Below are positions 19,441-29,468 of a stretch of 64,000 bases of DNA, in pieces (positions within the stretch are counted from its first letter, which is position 1; the number at the start of each line of letters is the position of its first letter). The notes under the pieces were generated by a model. That model did no database searches. It had not been told where the DNA came from and worked only from the letters and a program-made list of their open reading frames with translations. The position numbers and the translations under genes are program-made. This DNA is from Candidatus Daviesbacteria bacterium RIFCSPLOWO2_01_FULL_39_23 (lineage in GTDB: Bacteria > Patescibacteriota > Microgenomatia > Daviesbacterales > UBA10151). Location: the NCBI GenBank assembly GCA_001776935.1, contig MFDN01000001.1, forward strand, positions 165,449 through 229,448, in the 5' to 3' direction.

Positions 19441-20367
19441 TTAAAAACCAAAAAGGTAATAATTATTTTTCAGTTGGAGAATTTCCTGATTATACCACTG
19501 CTTCTTTTTCATCTTTTTTCGGAAATCTGCAAAATATTTACGGTTATCTACTTTCCCAAAAAAAGCTTGATAACTAATGAGATGCGAATCCACTTTATCA
19601 ATAAGCGGATATATTTTTTTTCTAATAGGTAGAGGCGATTCGCTTAATGACCAGGTCGCGATAAATAATTTTTTTCCTTTCTTAGGGATAATTTTTTTAA
19701 CTTCATTAAGATTACTTTTGCAAAGTATTTTTGCTTTTTTTGACATATTGCTTGGATTAACATCAAGTCCATTCATTTTCAAAAAAAAGGCTTGAAGAGT
19801 CGAAAAAACCGGCAGATCGAATATAATATAATTTCCTTTAAACCCAAGGTTATGGATGAGTTGACACATGCTTCCGTACCCACCGCCAAATTCAAAAATA
19901 GAATCAAAATCTTCTATCCTCTGGCCGCTGATTTTTTCAAACCTGGCAATATGGTAAGCTTGATGTATTAAATTTCCGCTGCTGCCCGGATACAGTATAT
20001 ATGGTTCTGTTGGAACATAGTTGCTTTCTAATATTGTTTTTTTCCATTTATTCCAATTATTTATTCTAAGGTATAGGAATTCTTTTATGGTAAACAGGGC
20101 ATTACCGATAAACATAGTTTTTCTAATAACATTCCATTGCAAAAAGTTTTTAGGATTCTCTGAAAGTATCTGTTTTTTTAGCATTAAAATATTTCCTAAC
20201 CACTGATTATCAGTTAGCTTATTTTTTTTAGGAATAAAAATTGCCTTAGTATTTTTTCTTAATTCTTCTATCAGGAATTTCTCATCAGGATTATTTTTCA
20301 TCCGTAGATTATTGAAAGGGATTAAGCTCTTGCGGAAGAATAAATCAATATATTGGAATATAGACAT
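19441..20367 (-). CDS. putative sugar O-methyltransferase (SAM-dependent)
   Basis: IFEFGGGYG SAM motif, IIFDLP, IATWSLSE. Confidence 0.7.
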   Translation of the reverse strand: MSIFQYIDLFFRKSLIPFNNLRMKNNPDEKFLIEELRKNTKAIFIPKKNKLTDNQWLGNILMLKKQILSENPKNFLQWNVIRKTMFIGNALFTIKEFLYLRINNWNKWKKTILESNYVPTEPYILYPGSSGNLIHQAYHIARFEKISGQRIEDFDSIFEFGGGYGSMCQLIHNLGFKGNYIIFDLPVFSTLQAFFLKMNGLDVNPSNMSKKAKILCKSNLNEVKKIIPKKGKKLFIATWSLSESPLPIRKKIYPLIDKVDSHLISYQAFFGKVDNRKYFADFRKKMKKKQWYNQEILQLKNNYYLFGF

Positions 20368-20488
20368 TTTACAGCGTCTTAAAAGGCAGAAAAAATTATA
20401 TTAATTTTTCAGGTTAAAGACAATGGGCAACAAGAGGGAATTTGTGGTAATCTGAAGGAGTTGAATTATAGCTTTAATTAAAGAGAGA

Positions 20489-21403
20489 TTAGGGGAATAA
20501 ATGATCGCCTTCGCCCCGAATATATTTCTTTTGACGGTCGAAAACAAAAAAAGGAATATTTCCTAAATAAGCAGCTAGAGAGCCAAAGGTGCTGTTTGAA
20601 CCAATAATTTCATTACACATGGATAAAGTGAGCAGGTCTTCTATCATAGAGCCAATGCCCAGTTTGATGTTTAAGCCTTTAAAAGGGTGTAAGCTTAACG
20701 GGCCATCTGAACAAATTACAAAGACCGTCTTTTTTGGATCTTTATGCCTTTTCTCTAAATAAGCCCTCAAGATGTTTGCGACTTCTTCTTCGTTAAAATA
20801 CCAGGTACCGTTCATGAAATCTTTACTTTTATAATCACCCTGACGGATATGAACCCCGATAAGATTATTTTTTCCGCCTATCTGTTTTATGAAATTTTCT
20901 GTTTTTTTTACAATCGCTTCTTTAGGTTGAAAAGCTTTGATAAGTTGTTTTCTGTACTTTTTAAGACCAACAGGGTTTCTAAAAGCCCAGCCATCCAAGT
21001 AAACTCTATTTTTTTCAAGCTCGATTTGTTTAAGGATATGGTTATGATTCCGATTTTTATCGGGAGAAGGCGGTAAAAAAAATATATTTTTTGGATCATC
21101 TTTTACAATTAACCCATTTTGAAAAAAAGTTATAGCATGGGTGAAAAAACGATAAAGAATATAAAATGTAGCATGTGATTTATAAAATTTAAATTTACTC
21201 AAAGAACTAAACAATTTTGAGAAAAAACCAGGAGCAGAAAAATTGAAGTGTTTATTATATGCATAAAAAGAAGGATTTATGCACATGTAATTTTTTTCCA
21301 GGCAATAGGCGTAAACACTGGTAAAAAGCAGAAGTTGATTGCCCAGCTGGCCGCCATTATGACGGAGGATAATGATTTGTTTGTTTTGGTTATATCGGGA
21401 CAT
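20489..21403 (-). CDS. GT11 family glycosyltransferase (alpha-1,2-fucosyltransferase-like)
   Basis: GQLGNQ, GVHIRQGDY, CSD, GSNSTFG motifs. Confidence 0.85.
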   Translation of the reverse strand: MSRYNQNKQIIILRHNGGQLGNQLLLFTSVYAYCLEKNYMCINPSFYAYNKHFNFSAPGFFSKLFSSLSKFKFYKSHATFYILYRFFTHAITFFQNGLIVKDDPKNIFFLPPSPDKNRNHNHILKQIELEKNRVYLDGWAFRNPVGLKKYRKQLIKAFQPKEAIVKKTENFIKQIGGKNNLIGVHIRQGDYKSKDFMNGTWYFNEEEVANILRAYLEKRHKDPKKTVFVICSDGPLSLHPFKGLNIKLGIGSMIEDLLTLSMCNEIIGSNSTFGSLAAYLGNIPFFVFDRQKKYIRGEGDHLFP

Positions 21404-21509
21404 ATGGTCTTTAATCTGATAATTAACTAGATTATATCGTACTTGTTACCATTTAAGAAGTAAGGTTGCAACGTTTATTTATTGCAAGGTTTTAGGTTAT
21501 AATCGTTTT

Positions 21510-22421
21510 GTGATTATTTATAGATATCTTATATTTCTTTTGTATGTATTAAATCACCCTTTCGCTAAAGGTCACAAATTAAGACTTTTTACAAAAATGA
21601 TTTGGTGGAAGATTAACAGAAGGTTTTTTAAATTACCCTGTATCGTGGAGTTGGTACACAATATTAAGATAATCTGCTATCCGAACGATTCTCTTTATAG
21701 TACCTTGATTGTTTATTTAATACTTCCTGAATATGGAGAAATGAAGTTTCTATTGGAAATTTTAAATAAGGATGACAATTTTATAGATATTGGAGCTAAT
21801 ATGGGCATTTATTCTTTATTGGCATCCTCAAAAATCGAGAAGGGAAGAATTTTTTCATTCGAGCCTTCTCCCAAGATTCTACCTCAGCTCTATGAAAATA
21901 TTGCCTTAAATAATAAAAAAAATTGCATTAGAGTAATAGAAAAAGCAGTATCCGGAAAAGAGGGATACATTAATTTTGATGTGAGTGATAGTCCGGATTA
22001 TAACCATATTGTTTATCCGAAAGAAGCTGAAGTTTCTTTCGCAGGTGATTCGGTCTTGCGTGTAGGAACTATTACTTTGGATAAATTTATTTCCGGCAAA
22101 AACATTAAAAATATTAAGCTGATAAAAATAGATGTTGAAGGGGCGGAACTCCTGGTTTTAAAAGGCTTACAGAAAACGCTTGAGGAGAAAAAGGTTGCTG
22201 CCTTAATTGTTGAGATAAGCAAATGGACAATTAGCCGGTTTGGCACGACAGTTGAAGAGATAGTTTATTTTCTTCGTAAATACGGGTTTGATATCTATAT
22301 GTTCGATAAGAATTTTAATCTAATTGAATTGTCATCAGGCAAAAACCAAGGTTGGAATATAATTGCCATACATAAGAGCAGGAATGATATTATTAAAAGG
22401 TTTAATAGGAATACTAAATGA
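21510..22421 (+). CDS. FkbM family methyltransferase
   Basis: FIDIGANMG, FEPSP, TLD, IKIDVEGAE..VLKG. Confidence 0.9.
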   Translation: MIIYRYLIFLLYVLNHPFAKGHKLRLFTKMIWWKINRRFFKLPCIVELVHNIKIICYPNDSLYSTLIVYLILPEYGEMKFLLEILNKDDNFIDIGANMGIYSLLASSKIEKGRIFSFEPSPKILPQLYENIALNNKKNCIRVIEKAVSGKEGYINFDVSDSPDYNHIVYPKEAEVSFAGDSVLRVGTITLDKFISGKNIKNIKLIKIDVEGAELLVLKGLQKTLEEKKVAALIVEISKWTISRFGTTVEEIVYFLRKYGFDIYMFDKNFNLIELSSGKNQGWNIIAIHKSRNDIIKRFNRNTK

Positions 22422-24496
22422 AAAAACTGTTTTTATGCTACTTTGTTTTTCTGTTTAGCCTGCTATCGATTTTCTCAGCGGGAGTCATTGATTCAATTGA
22501 TGGGTTTCAATATCTAGTAGTTGCCAGAAGCATCTATTACAAAGGCGCACCGACTGCCCCTCCGTATGAATATTCTGAAAGGAAAAATATTCATATGTCA
22601 GTAGTAACAGGTAAGGACGGTAAAACTTACAGTTTAACTGGTCTGGGTTTTTCTCTGGCTTATCTTCCGGCAGTAGCTATAACAGATATTGTTTACAAAA
22701 TTTACGGCATTGATCCATCCGTGCATTTCCCTTTAGAAAATGACTGGCTAATATTTTTAACGGCTGGTTTTACCAATGCATTTTTCGGAGCTCTCTTAGG
22801 AATAATTTTATTTGCATATTTCTTGACATTGGGACTTAGTAAAAAACAGGCAATTTTGATGAGTATTATCTCAATAATTGCCACTAATTTATTTGTATAT
22901 ACCAAACATTCAATGGCTCATATGATGTTTGTTGCATTTTTAATGTTGTCTTTTTTATTGATCAAGTTTTATTCAATCAAAGGGAAGTGGTGGCTGATGT
23001 CTGCTTCGGGCTTATCTTTCGGTATACTTATGATTACTTATAACCCTACTTTTATTCTTGCAATTCCGCCATTGTTTTTATATTACATATTGCTGATTAA
23101 GCATCACTGGAATAAAGAATCTTTAAATTTGATACTTAAGGACATCTCGGTATTTTTTATCGGTTTATTTCCTTTTATATTAATATATAACTGGTTTGAA
23201 AGTTTAAGAACAGTTCAGCAAACTACAAATTTAGCTTTAATAGGTACAAGATATTTAGTTTATAAAGTGCCGTTGTCGGTTTTTTTTGAGGGAATTTATG
23301 GTCAATTATTAAGTCCCGGCAGAAGTATATTCATTTATTCTCCTGTACTGTTAATGATTATATTTTTCTGGCATAAGATACGAAAAAATGTTTATCCTGA
23401 GCTTTTCGCTTTTACTTTTTATTCTATAATTCTGGTAGCTTTTTATTCAAAAGCCTACACAATTGGAAGCCCTGATCAGGGAATTGCCGCCCTGTGGCAC
23501 GGGGAGTCGAGTTGGGGACCCAGATACCTGACTCCTGTGATACCTTTGGGCTTATTAGTAATAGCAGGTACATATAGATTTTTCTCAAAAAAAGTTAGAT
23601 ATTTTATATTCTATCCTTTAGTAGTAATTGGGATTTTTATAGAAATACTTGGAATATTAATGCCTTATCAGACTAAGTATTTTAATTTACAACGCAAATT
23701 TTACGTTAATAGTACCGAATACGGAGCTGCTCTTTATAGTGATCTTCTGCCCCGATACACCCCGATTCTTAATATGTCAAAAAATGTAGTAAATCTAGCC
23801 AAAAATTTTCCTAACACTTATGATCACGGAAAACATAATGTTAAATTTTATGATGGTATAGATTTTCCTTTTAACGTTGGACAGGAAAGATGGAGAGCAA
23901 TCGAGGGCAAAGGATATATTTCCTTTGATAACAACCAAAACGACTTTGTAGAGGAGTTAAGCTTTGGACTTATTAATCATCCTATAGCCGAATCCTCATC
24001 ATCTGCAAAACTGCAATTTGTATTAAACGATGTGAATCTTCTTGAAACTCCTCTTGAGTTGGGCATAACCGAGAGAAAAATAATTAAAATACCCCTTAGG
24101 AAAAATTTGGTGCAGCCAGAAGATAACAAGTTGGAAATTATAGTTAACTATGAAGACCCTGAGGTGCTTACTAAAACAAAACAGATTTTAGGGTTGCAAT
24201 CTTTTGATATTAACAGTCAGAGACAAAATCTGGAAAGTATTGATGTTCCTTATGTATCAGCACTCGGGCCTAAAATTGCCGGTGTGACCTATCAAAATTG
24301 GGGTGGAACAAACACAGATCCCTGGAAAGCCTGGGATATTCATACTCAGGTGTTTGAAAGATTGCCGGATTTTTGGTGGATAAGAAACTTATATTATTGG
24401 GATATACCAAAGGTGTGGATTGTGATTCCATTTATTTTAAATCTGGCTATATTTATCCTTGCCGCAATTAAATTGAAAAAGGAGGTAAGTCGTTGA
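22418..24496 (+). CDS. polytopic membrane protein, probable GT-C glycosyltransferase with C-terminal extracellular beta-sandwich
   Basis: About 12 TM segments, acidic first loop DSIDG, GRSIFIYSP and WGPRYL motifs, long soluble C-terminal domain and final TM. Confidence 0.65.
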   Translation: MKKLFLCYFVFLFSLLSIFSAGVIDSIDGFQYLVVARSIYYKGAPTAPPYEYSERKNIHMSVVTGKDGKTYSLTGLGFSLAYLPAVAITDIVYKIYGIDPSVHFPLENDWLIFLTAGFTNAFFGALLGIILFAYFLTLGLSKKQAILMSIISIIATNLFVYTKHSMAHMMFVAFLMLSFLLIKFYSIKGKWWLMSASGLSFGILMITYNPTFILAIPPLFLYYILLIKHHWNKESLNLILKDISVFFIGLFPFILIYNWFESLRTVQQTTNLALIGTRYLVYKVPLSVFFEGIYGQLLSPGRSIFIYSPVLLMIIFFWHKIRKNVYPELFAFTFYSIILVAFYSKAYTIGSPDQGIAALWHGESSWGPRYLTPVIPLGLLVIAGTYRFFSKKVRYFIFYPLVVIGIFIEILGILMPYQTKYFNLQRKFYVNSTEYGAALYSDLLPRYTPILNMSKNVVNLAKNFPNTYDHGKHNVKFYDGIDFPFNVGQERWRAIEGKGYISFDNNQNDFVEELSFGLINHPIAESSSSAKLQFVLNDVNLLETPLELGITERKIIKIPLRKNLVQPEDNKLEIIVNYEDPEVLTKTKQILGLQSFDINSQRQNLESIDVPYVSALGPKIAGVTYQNWGGTNTDPWKAWDIHTQVFERLPDFWWIRNLYYWDIPKVWIVIPFILNLAIFILAAIKLKKEVSR

Positions 24497-24521
24497 TAAA
24501 AGTTCTAAAAGACTATACAAT
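24493..24521 (+). promoter_or_regulatory. sigma70-like promoter of the phosphonate operon
   Basis: TTGATA (24493-24498), 17 nt, TACAAT (24516-24521), 13 nt before ATG 24535. Confidence 0.55.
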
Positions 24522-24534
24522 GAATCTATAAAAT

Positions 24535-25854
24535 ATGATGAGAAGATCCGTTGGGGAAAAAATAGTATATGTGGGAATGTCAGCGGATTTTATACATCAT
24601 GGGCATATAAATATTATCTCGACAGCAAGAAAACTGGGAAAAGTGGTTGTCGGGCTTTTAACCGATGAGGCGATCGCAAGCTATAAAAGAGTTCCCATTC
24701 TGACTTTTGAGCAAAGAAAACAGATTATTGAGAATTTAGCCGGTGTTGATAAGGTTATTCCACAAAAAACCCTTGATTATGTCGAGAATCTGAAGAAAGT
24801 GAAACCTGATTTTGTAGTCCACGGAGATGATTGGAAAACAGGAGTGCAGCGGGAAACAAGAGAAAGAGTAATAAGAGTTTTAAAGGAATGGGGAGGTAAA
24901 TTGGTTGAGCCACGTTATACTTCAGGAATTTCTTCTACACAGCTTATTAATAGTTCAATTAGAGAAGGGGTTAGTCCATCTTATCGGATAAGAGAATTCC
25001 GTAGAATGCTCGAACTTAAGCCAATTGTCAGAATCATGGAAGCGCATAACGGATTAACTGGGCTTATAATAGAAAAGACTAATGTTCAAAGAAGAGGACG
25101 GCTGGTGACATTTGACGGTATGTGGGAGAGCAGCTTAACGGATTCTGCTTCAAAAGGAAAACCAGATACATCAGCTGTTGATGTAACGTCCAGACTGCAG
25201 ACAATAGAACAGATTTTAGAAGTAACGACAAAACCGCTTGTGGTGGATGGAGATAACGGAGGGGTGCCGGAGCACTTTGTTTTTACAGTTAAATCATTAG
25301 AGAGGCTGGGGGTATCAGCTGTTGTTATTGAAGATAAAATTGGGATTAAAAGAAATTCCCTTTTTGGAACTGATGTTGACCAGACCCAGGATTCAATAGA
25401 GGCTTTTTGTGAAAAAATTAACAGAGGTAAAAAAGCACAGGTCGAAACTGATTTTATGATTATAGCCCGTATTGAAAGTCTGATTTTAAAACAGGGGATA
25501 GCTGATGCTTTAAAAAGAGCGAAGAATTACATTAAAGCTGGAGCTGATGGGATATTAATACACAGCAAAGAAAAAACGCCGGATGAAATTTTTGAATTCT
25601 GCAAGGAATATCAGAAATTTGAGTATAAGGTGCCTCTTACTGTAGTTCCCTCAACATTCAGCAGTGTGAGAGAAGAGGAGTTTGAAAAAGCAGGTGTGAG
25701 GATGGTAATTTATGCAAATCAGCTTTTACGGAGTGCATATCCTGCCATGCAAAATACTGCAGAGCTGATATTAAAGAATGGGCGTGCTCAGGAGGCGGAT
25801 GAGTTGTGCTTGCCGATAGGGGAGGTTATAAAACTAATCCCTGATTCTCAATGA
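24535..25854 (+). CDS. aepX: phosphoenolpyruvate mutase with N-terminal cytidylyltransferase domain (Fom1-type fusion)
   Basis: N-domain DFIHHGH (HxGH), GLLTDE, HGDDW, SST; C-domain EAHNG, DGDNGG and PepM signature [10 protein letters not shown] (EDK-X5-NS, 25330-25359), ARIES, YANQLLR. Confidence 0.95.
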   Translation: MMRRSVGEKIVYVGMSADFIHHGHINIISTARKLGKVVVGLLTDEAIASYKRVPILTFEQRKQIIENLAGVDKVIPQKTLDYVENLKKVKPDFVVHGDDWKTGVQRETRERVIRVLKEWGGKLVEPRYTSGISSTQLINSSIREGVSPSYRIREFRRMLELKPIVRIMEAHNGLTGLIIEKTNVQRRGRLVTFDGMWESSLTDSASKGKPDTSAVDVTSRLQTIEQILEVTTKPLVVDGDNGGVPEHFVFTVKSLERLGVSAVVIEDKIGIKRNSLFGTDVDQTQDSIEAFCEKINRGKKAQVETDFMIIARIESLILKQGIADALKRAKNYIKAGADGILIHSKEKTPDEIFEFCKEYQKFEYKVPLTVVPSTFSSVREEEFEKAGVRMVIYANQLLRSAYPAMQNTAELILKNGRAQEADELCLPIGEVIKLIPDSQ

Positions 25855-26954
25855 TTAATTCCGAAGAATTTACCACTTGCTTAATTAAACATAATTTAGG
25901 ACTTGTTATTGAGGTTCCTTGTTCTTACCTGAAAGATATTCTTAATTACCTGAATCAAACAAAAAGGCTTGAAGTTATTAATCCGGTAAATGAGGCGCTG
26001 GTAATGGGAATTGCTTCCGGATATTATTTATCAACGGGAAAAATTCCCATTGTGGCCTTACAGAACTCAGGATTTATGAATACCCTGAATGCTTTAACAT
26101 CTTTAAATCAGCTGTATCAGATCCCTGTTTTTTACCTGATTACCTGGAGAGGGGAGCTGGGCCACGATGCGCCCGAACACGACATTACAGGGCTAAAAAT
26201 GGAAGAATACTTAAAAACTTTTGACCTGCCTTATGAAATTGTCAGTGAGTCAAAATATCAAAACCAAATTAGTAAACTTGCAGATATAGCAATAAAAACT
26301 AAAAAACCGGTTGCTTTAGTTATTAGAAAAGGTTCATTTGAAGCTTTCCCTTCTCTTTTAAAACCAGAGGAAAATTACTTTTCCAGATATGAAGCTATAA
26401 AACTGATTAAAGAAAGCTCGGGCGGGGCGCTTTGCATCTCATCTACAGGTTTTCCTTCAAGGGACTCATTTTCAGTTTTAGATTCACCGGATTTTTATAT
26501 GGTTGGTTCGATGGGGCATACATTTTCTATTGCACTGGGGATAGCTCCTAATACAAAAAAGAAAATAGTTGTGTTGGATGGTGAGGGATCGTCATTGATG
26601 CATCTGGGGGGTCTTGCTTCTTTTAATCCCGATAGGATTAAAAACATTAATTACTTTATCTTAGATAATGAAGGGTACGAGAGTACAGGGGGCCAACCAA
26701 CGGTTTCGCCTAATGTTAATTTTAAATTGCTTGCAAAATCGTTTAACTTTAAAAACATTTATGAGGTTTCAAAAGAAGCTGGATTAAAAGAGGTATTAAG
26801 GAAGTTAAAGACAGCAAAAGAATCATCATTTATCCACGTAAAGATAGTAAACAGTAGTCAGAAAGTATCCGAGAAAAGGGTTTCTGATAAATACACCTGT
26901 CCTCAAATTAAAGAGAGGTTTATGGAGAACTTCAAACGTGTTAAAAATCATTAA
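25851..26954 (+). CDS. aepY: phosphonopyruvate decarboxylase
   Basis: [46 protein letters not shown] (ThDP), [12 protein letters not shown]; ATGA overlap with pepM. Confidence 0.92.
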   Translation: MINSEEFTTCLIKHNLGLVIEVPCSYLKDILNYLNQTKRLEVINPVNEALVMGIASGYYLSTGKIPIVALQNSGFMNTLNALTSLNQLYQIPVFYLITWRGELGHDAPEHDITGLKMEEYLKTFDLPYEIVSESKYQNQISKLADIAIKTKKPVALVIRKGSFEAFPSLLKPEENYFSRYEAIKLIKESSGGALCISSTGFPSRDSFSVLDSPDFYMVGSMGHTFSIALGIAPNTKKKIVVLDGEGSSLMHLGGLASFNPDRIKNINYFILDNEGYESTGGQPTVSPNVNFKLLAKSFNFKNIYEVSKEAGLKEVLRKLKTAKESSFIHVKIVNSSQKVSEKRVSDKYTCPQIKERFMENFKRVKNH

Positions 26955-28074
26955 CCCCCAAAGAAAATCAAGTTACCAATTACCCACAAAAGTTTATTTT
27001 GGAAGAGGAGCTATCGATCTGTTCCCTGAAATAATTCAAGAAAGAAAATTTAAAAAATTACTTTTGGTGGCAGGGGAACATTTTAAAAAATCAAATAAAT
27101 TCAATGAAATTGTGCGGAAAATTAAAGATGTGAAAATTTATGAAAATGTAGTAAAAAGATGTGATTTTATAAATATTAATAAGCTTATCAAATTTTGCAG
27201 AGAGGATTCGTTTGATGCAATTGCAGCTATTGGAGGAGGAACGGTGTTGGATGCTGTAAAATGTGCTTCGGCCGTATCCGTCGATGGCTGTTTGGTAGAA
27301 GATTATTTGATTTCCAAGAAAAAAGAAGTTTCCAGGAAGGGTTTATCTTTTTTAGCAATTCCTACTACTGCCGGTACGGGCAGCGAGGTAACGCCATGGG
27401 CAACTGTTTGGGATAAAGGCAAGAAGTATTCTCTGGATTCGAAATATATTTTTCCCGAGGTAGCAATAGTTGACCCTGCTTTAACAGATTCGCTTTCAAA
27501 AAACCTTACGTCTGAACCTGGGATAGATGCTCTGTGTCAGGCGATCGAAGCTTATTGGAACATCCACAACAATGCTATCTCGGATAAATACGCCTTAGAA
27601 TCTATCAAAATAATTTTAATGAATCTGGAGCAGGCTGTTAATAACCCTGAGCCCAAAGTAAGAGATGCAATGGCTTGGGGCTCGCTTTTAGCAGGATTAG
27701 CTTTTTCTAATACAAGGACAACAATATGTCACGCTGTTTCTTATCCGATGACTGCTCATTGGAGTATTCCTCACGGACAAGCGACTTCAATTACTTTGCC
27801 GTTGTTTATTAAATATGTATTTCCCGTATTGTCAAAGGGAAAGCTGTCTAAAATTTTAAGCGCGATGAAGGTAAAAAATATTATAGAAGCATCACAAATA
27901 ATAAATGACCTTATGATTGGAATTGGATTAAAAACAAAATTTTCCGATTTGGGTATTACAAAAAAAGATGTAGATTTAATAGTTGAGGAAGGGTTCGATC
28001 CAAGCCGGTCAAAAAATACTCCAAAAGTTCCTTCCCCCTTGGAGCTAGAAGAAATGCTTTATAGTATTTTATAA
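26938..28074 (+). CDS. phosphonoacetaldehyde reductase (iron-containing alcohol dehydrogenase, FomC/PhpC-like)
   Basis: GGGTVLDAVK, PTTAGTGSE, AIVDP, DALCQAIE, AFSNTRTTICHAVSY, IPHG; directly after ppd. Confidence 0.88.
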   Translation: MLKIINPQRKSSYQLPTKVYFGRGAIDLFPEIIQERKFKKLLLVAGEHFKKSNKFNEIVRKIKDVKIYENVVKRCDFININKLIKFCREDSFDAIAAIGGGTVLDAVKCASAVSVDGCLVEDYLISKKKEVSRKGLSFLAIPTTAGTGSEVTPWATVWDKGKKYSLDSKYIFPEVAIVDPALTDSLSKNLTSEPGIDALCQAIEAYWNIHNNAISDKYALESIKIILMNLEQAVNNPEPKVRDAMAWGSLLAGLAFSNTRTTICHAVSYPMTAHWSIPHGQATSITLPLFIKYVFPVLSKGKLSKILSAMKVKNIIEASQIINDLMIGIGLKTKFSDLGITKKDVDLIVEEGFDPSRSKNTPKVPSPLELEEMLYSIL

Positions 28075-28100
28075 ATCTGTTTGCTAGAATGATGTCTGGT

Positions 28101-29468
28101 ATGAAGCCTAATATGTGGAAAGAGACTTGCTTATTCTGTAAGGAAATAGTGCATCTATTTTTATATTGGATTGCCCATAGGATGCCTCTCAGTAATAGGA
28201 TTTGGATTTTCGGATCCTGGTTTGGTGAAACTTATAATGACAACAGCAAATATATATTTGAATACGTCAACGCAAATCTTCCAGATATTACCGCTGTATG
28301 GCTAAGCAGAAAAAAAGACATTGTTTTAAACGTGAGAAGGAGAGGATATAAGGCTTATTGTTTTTACAGCTTATCGGGAATTTGGTATGCCTTGCGGGCA
28401 GGTGTGGCAATATTTTGTGTTGGCTACACTGCAGATTTGCCGGGATTTTGCATATCAAATTCCAAAAAGTTAATTCAGTTATGGCATGGGATTGGTACAA
28501 AGAAAATAGGTGTAATGAATACAAAGCAAAAAGACACCAATAAAAAAATATATCCTTATATCCAAAATCCTTATCTAACGAAAATAATTCTACGCTTATC
28601 AAAAATATTATTTAACTCAACTGCAACCAAGATAAACCATTTAGTTTATAAATTAGAACTTTTTCAAAACTACACCTTTTTCCCTACGCTGTCTCCGAGT
28701 ACTAAAAAAATGGCAGTTGAATCATTTAATCTTCCGAATGAGAAGGTTATTATTACCGGGTCACCGAGGAACGACGGTCTTTTTGGCAATAAATTTATAA
28801 TCACCGGCAAAATTTCTAAAATCATCGAGGATGTCCACAATAGCAATGGTTTTATTGGTTTTTATATGCCTACTCATAGACAAGAAGGCGGTGAGGAGAT
28901 GCTGAAGGTAATTAATGATAATTTAAGATCATGTCAAAAAATGCTTGAAGAGAAAAATATTTATCTGTTTGTAAAATTGCATCAATTTCATCAATCTGAA
29001 TCAAGCTCTGAGCATTTTAAAAACATAATCTATGTCAGTAGTCAGGATTTAAATGATGACATATATCCATTCTTACCAAAGACTGATTTTTTGATAACTG
29101 ATTATTCAACCATTTATATTGATTATCTTTTAGTCAACAAGCCGGTTGTTTTTCTAAATTACGATCTTGAGAGATACACAGCTTTAGACAGAGAACTTTT
29201 TTTTCCTTATGAAGAGGTAACCCCCGGACCAAAAGTGTCTTCTTGGGAGCAGCTTATTCCAACACTGAGTAAACAACTTAAAAAAGATAACTATAAAAAG
29301 CAACGCCAAAAAATGAAAGAATTTTTTCATACATACCCTGATGGTAACAGTAGTAGGCGTATTGCAGAGAAGATTTACAATTCGTTTATAACCGCTTCGC
29401 CAAAACCACGTACTCTTAGTGCGTGGATGAAGGCCCGCTTCGCAAGCGAAGCGAGGCGAGCGAAGTAA
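28101..29468 (+). CDS. CDP-glycerol:glycerophosphotransferase family protein (TagB/TagF-like)
   Basis: YNDNSKY, QLWHG, TGSPRND, YMPTHR, VKLH, LITDYSTIYIDYLL..KPVVF, DG.SS.RI. ATG 28101 preferred because ATG 28089 lies inside a TGnTAGAAT extended -10. Confidence 0.88.
   Translation: MKPNMWKETCLFCKEIVHLFLYWIAHRMPLSNRIWIFGSWFGETYNDNSKYIFEYVNANLPDITAVWLSRKKDIVLNVRRRGYKAYCFYSLSGIWYALRAGVAIFCVGYTADLPGFCISNSKKLIQLWHGIGTKKIGVMNTKQKDTNKKIYPYIQNPYLTKIILRLSKILFNSTATKINHLVYKLELFQNYTFFPTLSPSTKKMAVESFNLPNEKVIITGSPRNDGLFGNKFIITGKISKIIEDVHNSNGFIGFYMPTHRQEGGEEMLKVINDNLRSCQKMLEEKNIYLFVKLHQFHQSESSSEHFKNIIYVSSQDLNDDIYPFLPKTDFLITDYSTIYIDYLLVNKPVVFLNYDLERYTALDRELFFPYEEVTPGPKVSSWEQLIPTLSKQLKKDNYKKQRQKMKEFFHTYPDGNSSRRIAEKIYNSFITASPKPRTLSAWMKARFASEARRAK

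Noticed and set aside
24535-28074. Fosfomycin or other phosphonate antibiotic cluster
   Set aside because: The first steps match Fom1/Fom2/FomC, but no radical-SAM methyltransferase, epoxidase, resistance kinase or NRPS is present; context is glycan transfer.
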